From Hypanus sabinus (Eukaryota), in assembly GCF_030144855.1 (NCBI RefSeq), contig NC_082738.1, positions 16,678,001 to 16,742,000 of the forward strand: 64,000 bases of DNA, given 5' to 3'. The position numbers were made by a program, and so were the translations under genes. This document shows positions 49,276 to 61,839 of the stretch, one piece after another (the stretch's first letter is position 1; the number at the start of each line of letters is the position of its first letter). The notes beneath the pieces are model-generated. The model did no database searches. It saw only the letters and a program-made list of their open reading frames with translations, and had not been told where the DNA came from.

Positions 49276-52200
49276 TGATTTTTCCAATGAAGAGGAATTA
49301 TACCCCAATTTCAGTTTTAAGTATTCCTTTCACATGATGTGGACTGATTGGGAAAACTAAAACTGAGTTCTCAAGGTCTGTTTCATAGTGAAAGATGGTG
49401 AGGGCAACAATTTTCTATTTACAGTATTCATCAGAATTTTCTAGTCAGGCCACTTACATATTGTCTGATGCAAGTGTTTTGACATTATCATCCCTATTTA
49501 TTGCATCTTAATGTGCTGAGGCAGGAAGTTATATTTCATCTTCAGAGGCTTGATCAGGGATCAGGAAAATCAGAATCCAATTTGTTCACCTGTTGCTTGG
49601 TGGCATTCTCATTAGTTCTGATCGGGCAATGGTAAATTTACCCATTTTGAAACTGAAAAGTCTATCCAATGACTCCAGTGATTTAAACCAGTATAGGAGT
49701 TAGTGTCAGATCCAAAACACAAGTTTATATTTTGGGGCTGATTTGGGGTTTGAATTAAGTATTGTACACACAATGTAGGTAGAGAATAGGATCTGTAGAA
49801 TAGATTTAAACTGTCTTTCTTACATGGGGCAAAATCACTTCAGATTGAGAAGGGAACTTACTTTCAAAACAGGCACGCGTGGCAATGAATATTGTGGTGT
49901 TAGCACATGGACTTTCAATTCATGAAACTCCTTGGATATAGATCTTCAGCAGAAGTCATGATATTCTGACCTTTGCCTGGGAATGTTCTGCCTCCTAAAA
50001 CTCCATACTAATCACCATGATAGCCAATGAACAATGTTAACTGATAGGAACCAAAGCAGATTCATTCTTATCCCCAGTTATACAAGAAGCTAATCCGGCC
50101 ATTTGATAGCACATAGTTTTCAATTAGTTCTAAATATTTCAATACATATTACCTTTTTGAAACTGATACCAACTTTCCGAAAGAAGTAAGCTCACTCTGG
50201 TAATAAATACACAGTTAGCAGACTTTGAATTAGTTGCTTACATTATCTATGTCACTTAACAACTGTACTTGTCAGCATTGTAGTCTATTTATCTCCATCA
50301 TTCTAGGTCAGTAAAAGCCACACTCTTATCTATTATGCACAGAAAAATATATGTTTGACATTTCCTCTTTTGATGCATTAGGGACTTTTGAGTCCCTTTT
50401 CATATTTTCTGCGACTGGGGTTACAGGCATTTATTGCCCTTGAGAAGGTGGGGGTGAGCTGCCTCCTTGAATCACCACAGTTCTTCTGGTGAAGGTGCTC
50501 CCATAACACTGTTGGGGAGGAAGATATATTTACAAATCAGAGTAGTGTATGACTTGGAGGAGGGTCTGCAGGATGGGATGTTCTCTTGTGCCGACCTCCC
50601 CTAGGGTTTCTTGACAATGGATGTAGCCCAGGCATTTTGTAGATAGCAGGCACTGCATCTGTCAAGCACTCATCCATACAAGTGCAAAGTATTCCATAAC
50701 ATTCTTCATCATTGCCAGTATGGAAACATGCCCTGAAAGCCCAATGAGTCCACACTGACCATTAAACAACTGTCTATGTAAATCATACTTTTCACCTCCT
50801 GTCCTTATCAACTCCCCTACAGCAGCCAATTAACCCACAAACTGGCACATCCCTGGGATGTGAGAGGAAACTGGAGGACAGGGAGAAACAACTACAGTCA
50901 TAGCCGAAACATGCAGGCTCCACATAGACATTACGGAAGGTCAGGACAGAAATCTGGAGCTGTGAAGCAGCATCTCTACTAGCTGCCCACTTAGTAGGGT
51001 GAAAAAGTTTAGGGTGTCAGGAGATAAGTCACTCACCGTATGAGACCTGGCCTCCATTTTTCTGTGATTGGACCAGTTGAGTTTCCAGTCAATGGCAATC
51101 CCCTGGACGCTGATGGTGATAGACTTGTCAATGGGTGGGTGAACCCTATCTTTTTGGAGAAGATGATTCCATGACACCTATATAGTGAAAATGCCATTTA
51201 TCATTTAACACTCTAAAGTAATTTCTGTATGGGAAAAGTTAACTTGAAATCTGGTGCAAGACTTAATTATGTAGAACTAATAACAATAAATGCTGGAAAT
51301 ACTAGGCATCAAGGGCAGCATCTGTGAAAAGAGAACAGAGTTAATGTTTCAGGACAATGACCTTGCAACATTTCCATCTATTTTTTTGCGTTTTATGTCC
51401 ATTCCTTAGCATCTGCTTTCTGAATTTTCCTTCTCTATCACAGTTTCTCTGTTACCTAGACACTTTGATCAAGCATGTTGTCAATTCTAAGCTCCATATG
51501 AGCAAGACAACAGTCAATCGTTTCTCATTACAGGTACACCAGTGTCAATTGCTAATGAACCTTTTGCAAAACTAGACACAGCAGTCATCAGAAGTCACAA
51601 AGAAGACACAAAAATCAACTCCAAGAGTCAGGTCAAGCAAAACACAATCAACTGCCCCCAGCTGACAGCATCAATCCCAAATCATTGACTCTTCCGTTTT
51701 AATTGAATTATTTACTTCTGCTACAAGTATTTACTGCTTTGATTGTCTGAGTACGTTTTGCAGTGAGAATGATGTTTTGCATAACGTGAAAGTGTTTTGC
51801 CAGCTGTGTCGACTGCTTTGAGAATGTGGCTACTGTTTTAACCGGCGTGGTTAAGCGACTGAGAAAAACTAAATAGCTGGCCCACGCTTCAGCATTGCTC
51901 CGACGGGCCGAGAGCGCCACCCCGAGGTCAACTACAATCGAAAATCAGCTTAACGCAGAGCCAAACTGATGCTACCCATTTCTTGCTTCTTTCGAATTCC
52001 TCGGCGGCAATAAATAATTGTCTCCCGCTAATTTGAGGGAAAGTCGAGGGTTTGGCAAATATTGACGATGCAATTTGTATTAAATAGAACAATAAATCAC
52101 AGCTTCTGTTTCTAAAGTGAACTGCTCACCAATGCAGTCAACTTCAGCACACTTGGTTCAGTGTTAATACACTTCAATGTATTATTAAATAATATTCGGG

Positions 52201-53508
52201 AATTCTACCAGGAATCGTCTTCACATTCTGACAGCTGAACATTTAGTTAAATACTCCATTGATCATCTTTTTTGTTTTTAAAAAAAGTCCTTTCTGGCTG
52301 TGGAGACCAGGGAGGAAAGTCAAGCGGGATGATAACGGTTAAAGACGAAAGAATTGGGTATCTACGATTTAAAGAATCTCTGCACTTTCGCTGAACCTAT
52401 CTACAACTTTAATTCAAATCCAAATCATCGACCTGAACTGAGACAAACCAAGAGAGATATTATAAAATGTCTACTAGTTTTATCATACGTATCTGCAATG
52501 CCAGTTTTTTTTTTGAAAATGAGTTTGAAAAGCAGAAATCAATCAACTTTAGTCCAGATAAATTGGACTACAATATCTCATATATAAATATATCGCAGCA
52601 GTCACAGTAAAAACGATTCCTCCCTGATTAATATTTTGGGTTTAACTGAGGGGTGGTAGGAGGCGGGAATGGTTTCCTTATTTGTTTTCCTTTTAAATAT
52701 GAATATATTCAGCTGAAGATAGCCCTGAAAGAAACGCGAGCTTTTCGGGCTCGGACACACTGAGGGCGACCTTCAGCAATCTTCACTGTTCAGCCAAAGG
52801 AAAACGCGAAGCTGCGGCAGAGGCGTCCGGAATCATTTAAGTCTCAAGATCTGTCGGCGATTCCCAACGTATAACAGACGCAGTTTGAAAATGCTCTTGA
52901 TAAACAATGTAGGAAGCAACGCCAGAAACGATTCCTTTCGACGCGCATCTTCTCATTGTGCCCTGGTTATCTGAAGATCAGATTCAAAGATATATTTTTC
53001 TCGAAGAAACGTTTGTCTCGCTGTGGGAATAAATGAGGCTGATTGCTACAGAATTGTTTCAGTTACATAGCAGTAGCTTATTGCAGTTGCCCGAAAGTTA
53101 TTGAACAATAGGAGTGAAGTGGTCTTACATGGACATTAACCGTTTTAATCTGCTGTCTTTCAACTAGTGGATGATGGACAGATTGATGGAAAGCTCTTGC
53201 GTCCCATCTCGCAGGCAATAGGGGAAAGAATGTGTCGCGTTTCTACCATTGTTCCTCTAAACTCGGAGGCTTGCCGACACTTTTTTTTAAAGCTCTTTAT
53301 GCAAACTTATAAGCGCCGGGACGTCCCAGTTATGAGGCGCCTGTGACCAGGTTGGAGAGGGCGCGCCAAAAGCTACCTGTTCCCCTTAAGTTTACCTCCG
53401 AAACGTAATTATTTTGGGGGAGGGGAGGGGAACGGCAACTAACTTAATCCATATTATATATGCTGTAAATATATATTTACTTTATGATCATTCCTAACCA
53501 GCAGCATC

Positions 53509-53600
53509 ATGAAATTAGTTCTGGGATTCAAGACTCTGTGGTTTCTGGCGTTCTCTTCACTTTCCCACACACTGGCAGTAAATAACAGTGGGAGATGGTG
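53509..53600 (+). CDS. wnt1: wnt1 exon 1 ([31 protein letters not shown])
   Basis: atcATG start, signal peptide, donor TG|gtaagt; 92 nt. Confidence 0.92.
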
Positions 53601-56100
53601 GTAAGTTTTGACCAATATTAGTCGTCAGTGAAAACAATTTAGCGCCTCTTTAACAGGGGTAAAACAGGTGCGAAGTTATTAAATAATGATGGGAATCGAA
53701 AACATTGAGGTTGTTTATTCTGTTCATTGTTTTATTTCAGGGGAATTGTAAACATTGCGTCTTCTTCGAACCTATTGATCGACTCGAAATATGTCCAACT
53801 GGTCTTGGATCCAAGCTTGCAGCTGCTGAGCAGAAAGCAGAGGAAACTGATCCGGCAGAACCCGGGCATATTGCACAGTATCACAGGAGGGCTGCAGAAC
53901 GCCATCAGAGAGTGCAAATGGCAATTCCGCAGTCGACGCTGGAACTGTCCAACATCTCAAACTCCTAACGTCTTCGGCAAAATCGTTAACCGAGGTAGGC
54001 TCTCTTAGACGAGAATGAGAATATTTAATCCTGACAGGTGTCAACCAGGGGTACTCCAGCATTAGATCGCAACAGGCGAATTTCATATGGAAGTACTAGT
54101 CAAACCACCTCAAATCGCCCTAACCCTCAGTATCACCGGGTCACTCTGACGAGTGCAGCCTAGACTTGATCGAGAGGAAGACCCTGATCGGTATACTTAT
54201 AATAAAAAAGAAAACACTAGAGATATTCAGCAGGCCGGGCAGCATCTGTGGAGAGAGAAACAGACGCAATGTTTCAGGTTGATGAGCATTTCCATCATGT
54301 TTTGTGTTTTGTGTTAACTGTTTTGGATATAATCCAAGCCAGTCTAGTGTAGCCCGGTTCCCTATAGAAACTCTGATCCCACTAACGAGGTTACCCTGTG
54401 CACCAGGTGTGAAAGCAGATGTAGATGAGGACAACGGGCTCTCATTGATACACAAGCTGGGTCCATAGCGAAATCCCAAACAGAAGAAGCGATTGTTGTA
54501 CCCAAACTCTTCCTGAACCATATGAGCGCCCTATCTGAGAAGAGTCTGCCTAAGCCTGTCTAGGCTGGGAGTTCAGGGAACACCGATCCAGTATACTCGG
54601 TTCATATGAGACCGATCGGAAAGAGGTCTGATTTCGTGTAATGACCTGATTTATGTACTTGCCCAAGTTAAAGTTTCTTTTAACGCACAAACCCAGTTAT
54701 TACCCGGCTTGGGACTAGATTTGAAACGAAGCAGATTCGCTTTCCAGAGACACCCCTGGTCTTGGGGCATGTCCTGAAGTCAAATGGAGAAACTGAAATG
54801 CCAGGAGCTGCCACCTCAACAATCACAATTAAATCAAAATCCACTTGGTTATTAATGTTCCCTCTTCAACTAGGTGATCCTCTTAGAGTTGGTATTAGGG
54901 AGGTTTCCAACCTGATCCTAGTGCAGGGAAAGGGTCTGTCATTGAAAGCAGAGAGCGCTGGAAGCACACGGGATGTGCACAGGAGCTGAACTTTTATAGT
55001 TTGGAATTTCCAACCTCGCATTCCTGTTTGTTGCGAATCAATATCAACACCCAAGCTGGAAGGGTGAAACGGCCGCTCTGGGATCTGATACCGAGCAGAT
55101 TGATTTGGGTGAAGGTTAGTTTTCATCTTCACATTGTTTGTGGAGCAAAGACACACTCCTCAACCAGAGTCTCGAAAAACTACCCTGCACTTACTGGAAG
55201 CGCCGGTTCCAAGATTCGGAACACTGTTTGGGATTAGTGCCTGGGCTTCTGTTAAACCCACCCGTTCAACAGTTTTACACAAAGTTTGACTCACTTTTAG
55301 TTTAGAACTCTAGCCAGGCTTCTTTCTGCTTCCAATTCCCGCATTCTTTGGTTCTCGCTGTTGCTTTTTCTGCATCTCCCTTTCTACCCCTTTCTCCGTT
55401 TTCCGCTTTTTCGCGTTGTCTCCCTAATTTGCTGGTGAATTTCGCCCCTCCGGTTCTCCAGAGTTATGCTTGGTTCTCAGGCTCTCAACCATTCACTCCA
55501 TGTGGCGCCTGTCAGGTTTTTCCTGCATTTCCGTACGCATTTCGCACTTTCAACCTCAGTTTAGTTCTTCCAGAGCCCAACGGCTGTGCGCCTCCCCGCT
55601 TTTCTGCGTCCAGTATTGCGCCAAGCTCGCTCGCTGCGCCGTTCCCAGTCGGAGGTTCTTGCTCTCGGTTTCACCTTCTCTCTCTCCATTGCTTTGCTTG
55701 CCTCCTGACCCTGGTTCCGGCCTTCAATTTTTCCTTCTCCCCCGCCACATCTTAAAGTTAATCCATTCTCTGGTCGTCTCTTTCTAATTCTTGGTACTTT
55801 CTCTAACGTCTTCAATCCCTGTCCTCCCCTGCAGGCTGCCGGGAGACGGCCTTCATTTTCGCGCTGACCAGTGCGGCAGTGACTCATTCGGTATCTCGCT
55901 CGTGTTCCGAGGGCTCCATTGAGTCGTGTACGTGCGATTACCGACGGCGGGGACCCGGCGGACCAGACTGGCACTGGGGTGGGTGCAGTGACAACATTGA
56001 TTTCGGCCGCGTCTTTGGCCGCGAGTTCGTGGACTCAAGCGAAAGGGGACGAGACCTGCGCTATCTGACCAACCTGCACAACAACGAGGCTGGCAGACTG
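53509..56100 (+). CDS. wnt1: Wnt-1, partial spliced CDS: join(53509..53600, 53741..53994, 55835..56100); exon 4 lies beyond the window
   Basis: [37 protein letters not shown] and [37 protein letters not shown] are diagnostic of Wnt1; canonical GT-AG, phases 2,1,0. Confidence 0.96.
53741..53994 (+). CDS. wnt1: wnt1 exon 2
   Basis: ORF 53727..54008; acceptor tttatttcag|, donor CGAG|gtaggc; 254 nt. Confidence 0.96.
55835..56100 (+). CDS. wnt1: wnt1 exon 3 ([23 protein letters not shown]...HNNEAGRL)
   Basis: ORF 55879..56115; acceptor cccctgcag|, donor CTG|gtaacg; 266 nt. Confidence 0.96.
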
Positions 56101-56359
56101 GTAACGATTACATGATTTCAGTGCATGAAATACGGCAATAGAGTACGTCAGTAACAGAATGAGCGGGGTGAAGTGTGTTTGCAAAACTAAAAACGGATAA
56201 CTTTAGGAATGATCCTCTCTTCCAACATTCCAGTTATATTCCCTAACAGGAATTTCCAGCATTTTTAATTGGAAAATTGTCAGGTTGGACGTTCGTTGAA
56301 CTGCCGTCAAAATAGAAACATGACGTAGGACTTTTAACTTTTACCAGCAAAAGCAACGT

Positions 56360-57720
56360 GTTGTAGATTATGGAAATGTGAAATAAAGAAAGAAACGTTA
56401 TAATACTCAGGGGTCAGCCAGGATCTGCGGAGAGGAGAAATAGAGTTTCTGATCCAGATCAACGAGTTTTCTTTGAAATGTGGATAAGTTTTAGGTGGCA
56501 GACAAGGGTGAGGGTGGAGGGAACACAGGGGTGGAGCTTAGGCGGGACTGCAGGACAAGAGGTGGGAGTGCCTGCTGAGGGAGAGAGAGTGGTGAAGGTG
56601 CGTTAATCGCAGCTCCTCTGTCTGGGAAAGGTGTAAATAAAAGATGCAAAAGAATGGGAGAGAGAACAAAATAAAGCAGGAACTGTGGGGTACAAAACTG
56701 TGGGCCTCTGCGGGAAATCTGAAATTAAATAGAATATTAGAAATATCCAACAGAGCATCTGTGGAAAGTTAAAAAAAAAGTTTTTCAGTTTGATGATGAT
56801 TCATCAGAACTGACCAGTTCTGGTATATACTGGAAAGGCTGGTTATCTGCAATTGCTGAGTTGGCTGTTGATTAGATTGTTGTAACATGCCTATTCAAAA
56901 TACTGTTCCTTCCACTGGGTATCATTGGAGAAGTATTAGAAACCAAAGAAAGGGGTCAGAGTGGGAATGTGGTGAAGAATTAAAGGGATGGGTGACACAT
57001 TTGTCAACTACAGTTGAGGGGAAGTTCTGTGTCATCCTTGTGCAGTGGGCAGAGGTGTTCAATATGCATCCATTCAAGAGATGTGAGCTTTGCAGGCTGA
57101 GCCAGCATTTTGTGCCTATCCCTAGTTGCCCTGAAAAGGAGGTAGTGAGCTGCCTTCTTGAACCACTGCAGTCCCTGAAGTGTGAGGAGGGAGTTCCAGC
57201 ATTGGTGAAGGAATAGTCGGAGTGGTGTGTAGCTTGGAAGGCAACGTCCAGGGGTGGTGTTTGCCAATGTAGAGGAGACTACCTCATGAGCACCAAGTAT
57301 AAAAGTAGTAAAAGTGACAAGTTCTTCACCTGAAAGTTCTGTTTTAACCCTTGGATGGTGGAAAGTGAAGAGGTGAAAGGGCAGCTGTTGCATCCTGTGT
57401 GAGGTGAGAATGGGAATAGATATTGGCGGAGATAGAAAGGAGTCATAGAGGAGTGGGTCCTTTGGAATACTGAAAGGGGAGGTGAATGTTACAGAACATA
57501 TTCCATTGGATGTGGAGGTTGGTGGGGTGGAAGATGATGATCAGCCCTTGCTCTGGATGAGAGCAAAAATGTGGGAGGTGGAGCAGAGGCTTGTCAACCC
57601 TGGCAGAGGAAGGAACAGTGTGGGCATGTCTCCATCAGAACAGACGGGACAGAGACAGAAGAAGGGAATGGAATCCTTACAGGAAGCAGGGTGGCAGGAG
57701 GTTACCACAGTCACCCTGGG
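56360..57720 (-). mobile_element. Old degenerate PLE fragments interrupted by a LINE 3' end (~57085-57300, LQWFKKAAHYLL)
   Basis: Similar to the 48000-49000 fossil; hammerhead-like remnant CTGATGA..GAAA on minus at ~56781-56807. Confidence 0.45.
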
Positions 57721-58859
57721 CCTTACAGTCAGAACAGCAGTAAGTATATTTTTAATTTGTCAGGTTTTTTGGATATATTTAATTCAAATTACATCATTAC
57801 CAAATAATAATGCTAATATTGGGTGTCACTCTTTGTCTGTGAGGTCGCAAGGTCTTTAGTACTGGCACAATTAGCATGTGGGTGGAGTGAAGGTGAGGGA
57901 CTGCTCATGGGACATCCCAGATGCGCTGCTGCCAAATTCTACCAAGCAGCTGTGAATGGAGCATTGGATAAGCCAGCCCATGATGCTGACTGGTCTCTAC
58001 TGGCAACATTCCCCTCTCCCTCTTGTCCCAGAGGCAATGGACATATTCTTAACTAAGGCTCACATTGTCATTTGGTGGTGCTGATCCTGAATGAACAATC
58101 TTCGTAAAATTGGACGTGGGTTAAAATTGATCCGCCGGCTCCCAGGTTCCCCCTTGGCCAGCTGCACCATAAGTTGATCATTGATGCCAAGGGTATTCCA
58201 TTTCAAATAAGCACTTGTTGTGGGGAAAGCTTTTTGAATGACATTGCTCAAAATATCAGGCAGCTGCAGAGGGAAACGGTGAATGGGCCAGATCATTGTT
58301 TTCAACCAATGTACGAAGTTGACTGACTTAAACTGAGCCCTGCAGAGAAAGAGATGTTCCCCATTAGCAATGTACTCCACTTATTTCTCAAATGGCCCAA
58401 GTAGTTTTGTTGCTACTCTGTTGTAGCAATTTGGACAGAGCCAGCACCCACCCACAGCACTAATGAAAATAGGTATATCACATCTTTTGGTGACATTAAT
58501 TGAATGGTAACTTAGCTGGCAGATTAGGAAAATCTGAAATAAAGTAGAAAATGCTCAAAATACTCTGCGGGTCAGGGAGAGAAAACACTGACTGAATCTC
58601 CTCTTTCCCAGTTCTGACTGTGTTTCTCTCCACTGATGCTATCTAACCTGCTGAGTGTTTGTAACATCTGTTCTTATTACAGATTTTCAACATCTGCTGT
58701 TTTGTTATGATTTGCAGATTGGGAGAAACTCCCACTTTTTTTGTTTTGAATGGCATCAGATCATCTTTTACATAAACAGGAACAGGCAGATCGTACCATT
58801 AAGGTCACACCTCAAACTATACTTTATTAGAGTGGCGTCATTGTGTTTGACACCTCGAT

Positions 58860-59190
58860 AAGACATAAGACATAGGAGCAGAATTACGCCATTTGGCCCA
58901 TCAAGTTTTCGCCACCATTCAATCATGGCTGATTTATTTTCCTTCTCAACCTTCTCCATCCTGCTTTCTCCCTTTGAAACCCTTACTAATTAAGTACCTT
59001 TCAACATCCGCTTTAAATATACCCAAAGACTTGGCCTCCACAGCCACCTGTGGCAATGCATTCCACAGATTCACCATCCTCTGGCTAAGGGAATTCCTCT
59101 TCATCTCTGATCTAAAGAGGTATCCTTCTATTCTGGTTCTAGGTACTCTCGCTAATGGAAACATCCTCTGTCCAGGCTTTTCAATTTCTT
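58860..59190 (-). mobile_element. CR1 LINE 3' fragment
   Basis: SQRMVNLWNALPQVAVEAKSLGIFKADVERYLISKG. Confidence 0.85.
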
Positions 59191-60039
59191 AATTTTTATA
59201 CTATTCCAGCTTCACAATTTATGTCACAAAGACAAACCTGGTAACGTTCCCAAATGATCTACTACTTGGAATATTTTAAAATTCTGGTGGAGCCAGTGGG
59301 ATCCCCATCTCTTCGCTAATGAAATACTTCAGATGAGTTCAGATGTCAATAAGGCAATGTGGTCAGAGATCAAAATGGTAAGAAGACCTATAAGTAGCTG
59401 AGGTCCCCCATATTTGGAAGTCAATCACAAATCCAGAATTACAGAGAAATGGCTTTGATTAGAGAGGAGAGATTCCCATCTATCTTTATTAACTCAAAGG
59501 AAGTCAATCATTTGCCTGTACACCACGGAGCCTCAGACATACTTAGAAAGGTCAGTGTGCCTTGTCGGTAATTTGAGACTACATTAAATTACAAACAAGA
59601 GCAATCTTCATGAGGGCTGCTCCTCCACCCCAAGTCTTTCCAGGTCTTGAGGTCCCAGGAGCCCCCAATTTCAATGTCTTCCCTAGAAAACATTGCTCAC
59701 ATCTCTTCTTATGCAGTTGGCTCTGTGTTCTTATCTTGTGGGAAATTAGGTTAATTATGGAATCTTGACAACTTGGGCTTTAAATGTGTCACCTTCCTCA
59801 GTATTCCTTGCCAGGGTTTTCTCAAATTACATTTTTAATTGGTACAGTCACAGCATTAAATCCCAACCCATGATTTGACAACAGTTTGCCCAGACAACTG
59901 CAATCCAGGTACAAGAAATGGGATAAAACTATTATCTTGGTACATTAGAAGCTTGTTGGGTGGGTATGTATTATGAGAGTTGAGAAAAGAGAGAACTGCT
60001 CTGGAGCTTTTTGAAGTTAAGACCAAGTTACTTACATGG

Positions 60040-60292
60040 AGGGGCATCTATTTAGAACAGAGGTGAGGAGGAATTTCTTTAGCTAGAGGGTGGTGAATCT
60101 GTGGAGGCCAAGTCATTGGGTATGTTTAAGGCGGAGATTGATAGGTATTTAATTAGTCAGTGTGTGAAAGCTTCCAGGGAGAAGGCAGCAGAATAGAGTT
60201 GAGAGGGAAAATGGATCAGCCATGATGAAATGGTGGAGCAGACTCGATGGGCTGAATGGCTTAATTCTGTTCCCTACTTTTTATGGTCTTAT
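60040..60292 (+). mobile_element. CR1 LINE 3' fragment (further short CR1 pieces at ~6170-6400, 6560-6700, 12230-12330, 28460-28720, 30110-30400, 35000-35300, 40750-41060)
   Basis: gaggaggaatttctttagctagagggtggtgaatctgtgg plus the CR1 3' UTR shared with the other copies. Confidence 0.75.
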
Positions 60293-61420
60293 GATAGCAA
60301 AAAATGTTCAATTGCCATCAATAACATATTTCACATTGACAGGAACAGTACTAAATCACTCATTAGAAAAGTTCACTCTCTGATGGCATTGATGCCAGGT
60401 GATCTGCTGCCAGTGGTTGGGTTTGCATGATGTGATGTAATATGAAGTGTTCCATTCCAGTTCTGAGGTGTTTAAATAAGCAAAGCCTACCCTTTTAAAA
60501 CCATATCATTCTAACGCAAGGTCCAAAATGGAGTCAGGACATGGTTAATTGGTAGGGAAAGTCCAGAGGCTTGCAGCTGAGTTTCTAGCACCAGGTCAAA
60601 AGAAACCAAAGCAACTTTACAAAATACCCATACCTATTTTAACATGAAGAGAGTTTGTAAAATGTCATTCTGTCCTTTAAGGCTAGACAATTTTAAGTGG
60701 CAATAGATGATATCATTAAGCATTCAGCAGCCATGAGTTTATTGAACATTTATTTGTAGAAAAGTGCCAAACTGCACAAACAGGAATGGTCTTGTTTTTA
60801 GGGGGTCACTATATCTGAATTTTTTTTACTTTTTCTTTGTAAAATGTGACCTAAGTACTTGAAAGTGACATGAACATAGTGACAAATGAAGAATTAATGG
60901 AACCTTGGTCAATGGCAAGATCTGAAGCAATGTGTGGATTAAGAAAGAAAGAGAAATAGAGGGGTTTCTAGAACAAAGATTGAAGAAAAAAATATGTTTG
61001 GGCAATCAGTTGACTAAATCATGTGAGGAATTTGTAAACCAATTTAATATATTAAAAAAAAACCTTAGACTTTAAACACCAAGACAAGGAAAGCAAGGTG
61101 CAGAAAGTAACTTTAGGAATTGGCAGGTAGAAGAAAAGAAGCAAAGGGGCCTGAAAGAAAATAAAAGCATTGAAATGTAAAAGCAGCAATGAAACAGGTG
61201 GCAAACTGCACAGAATGTTTCCCAGGGCACAGAAATGTAAATCCGAGCTTGTAACCGTGAGCTGAGCTGCAAGTACAAAAAGTGCAGAGTGAAGGACGAG
61301 AGAGAAAAAAAGCAGAGAAACTGAAAACAACACACACAAAGTGCTGGGGGAATTAATAGCATGTGAAGCAAACTGAACTTATTGAAAAGTGGCTTCTGTG
61401 ATGCCAGAGATCTCAGGAGG

Positions 61421-61826
61421 AACACACACAAAATGCTGGTGGAACACAGCAGGCCAGGCAGCATCTATAGGGAGAAGCGCCGAGACCCTTCGTCAGGACT
61501 AACAGAAAGGAAAGATAGTAAGAGATTTGAAAGTGGGGGGAGGGGGAAATGTGAAATGATAGGAGGAGACCAGAGGGGGTGGGGTGAAGCTGAGAGCTGG
61601 AAAGGTGATTGGTAAAAGCGATACAGAGCTGGAGAAGGGAAAGGATCATGGGACGGGAGGCCTTGGGAGAAAGAAAGGGGGAGGGGAGCACCAGAGGGAG
61701 ATGGAGAACAGGCAGAGTGATGGGCAGAGAGAGAGAAAAAAAACAAACAACAAACAAACAGGGATGAGGTAAGAAGGGTAGGAGGGGCATTAACGGAAGT
61801 TAGAGAAGTCAATGCTCATGCCATCA
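61421..61826 (-). mobile_element. 5'-truncated PLE 3' end (ORF C-terminus DGMSIDFSNFR*, pyrimidine-rich UTR, partly deleted hammerhead)
   Basis: Near-identical to the 23372-23580 segment; stop at 61790-61792. Confidence 0.8.
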
Positions 61827-61839
61827 TAAAACCAAAGTG

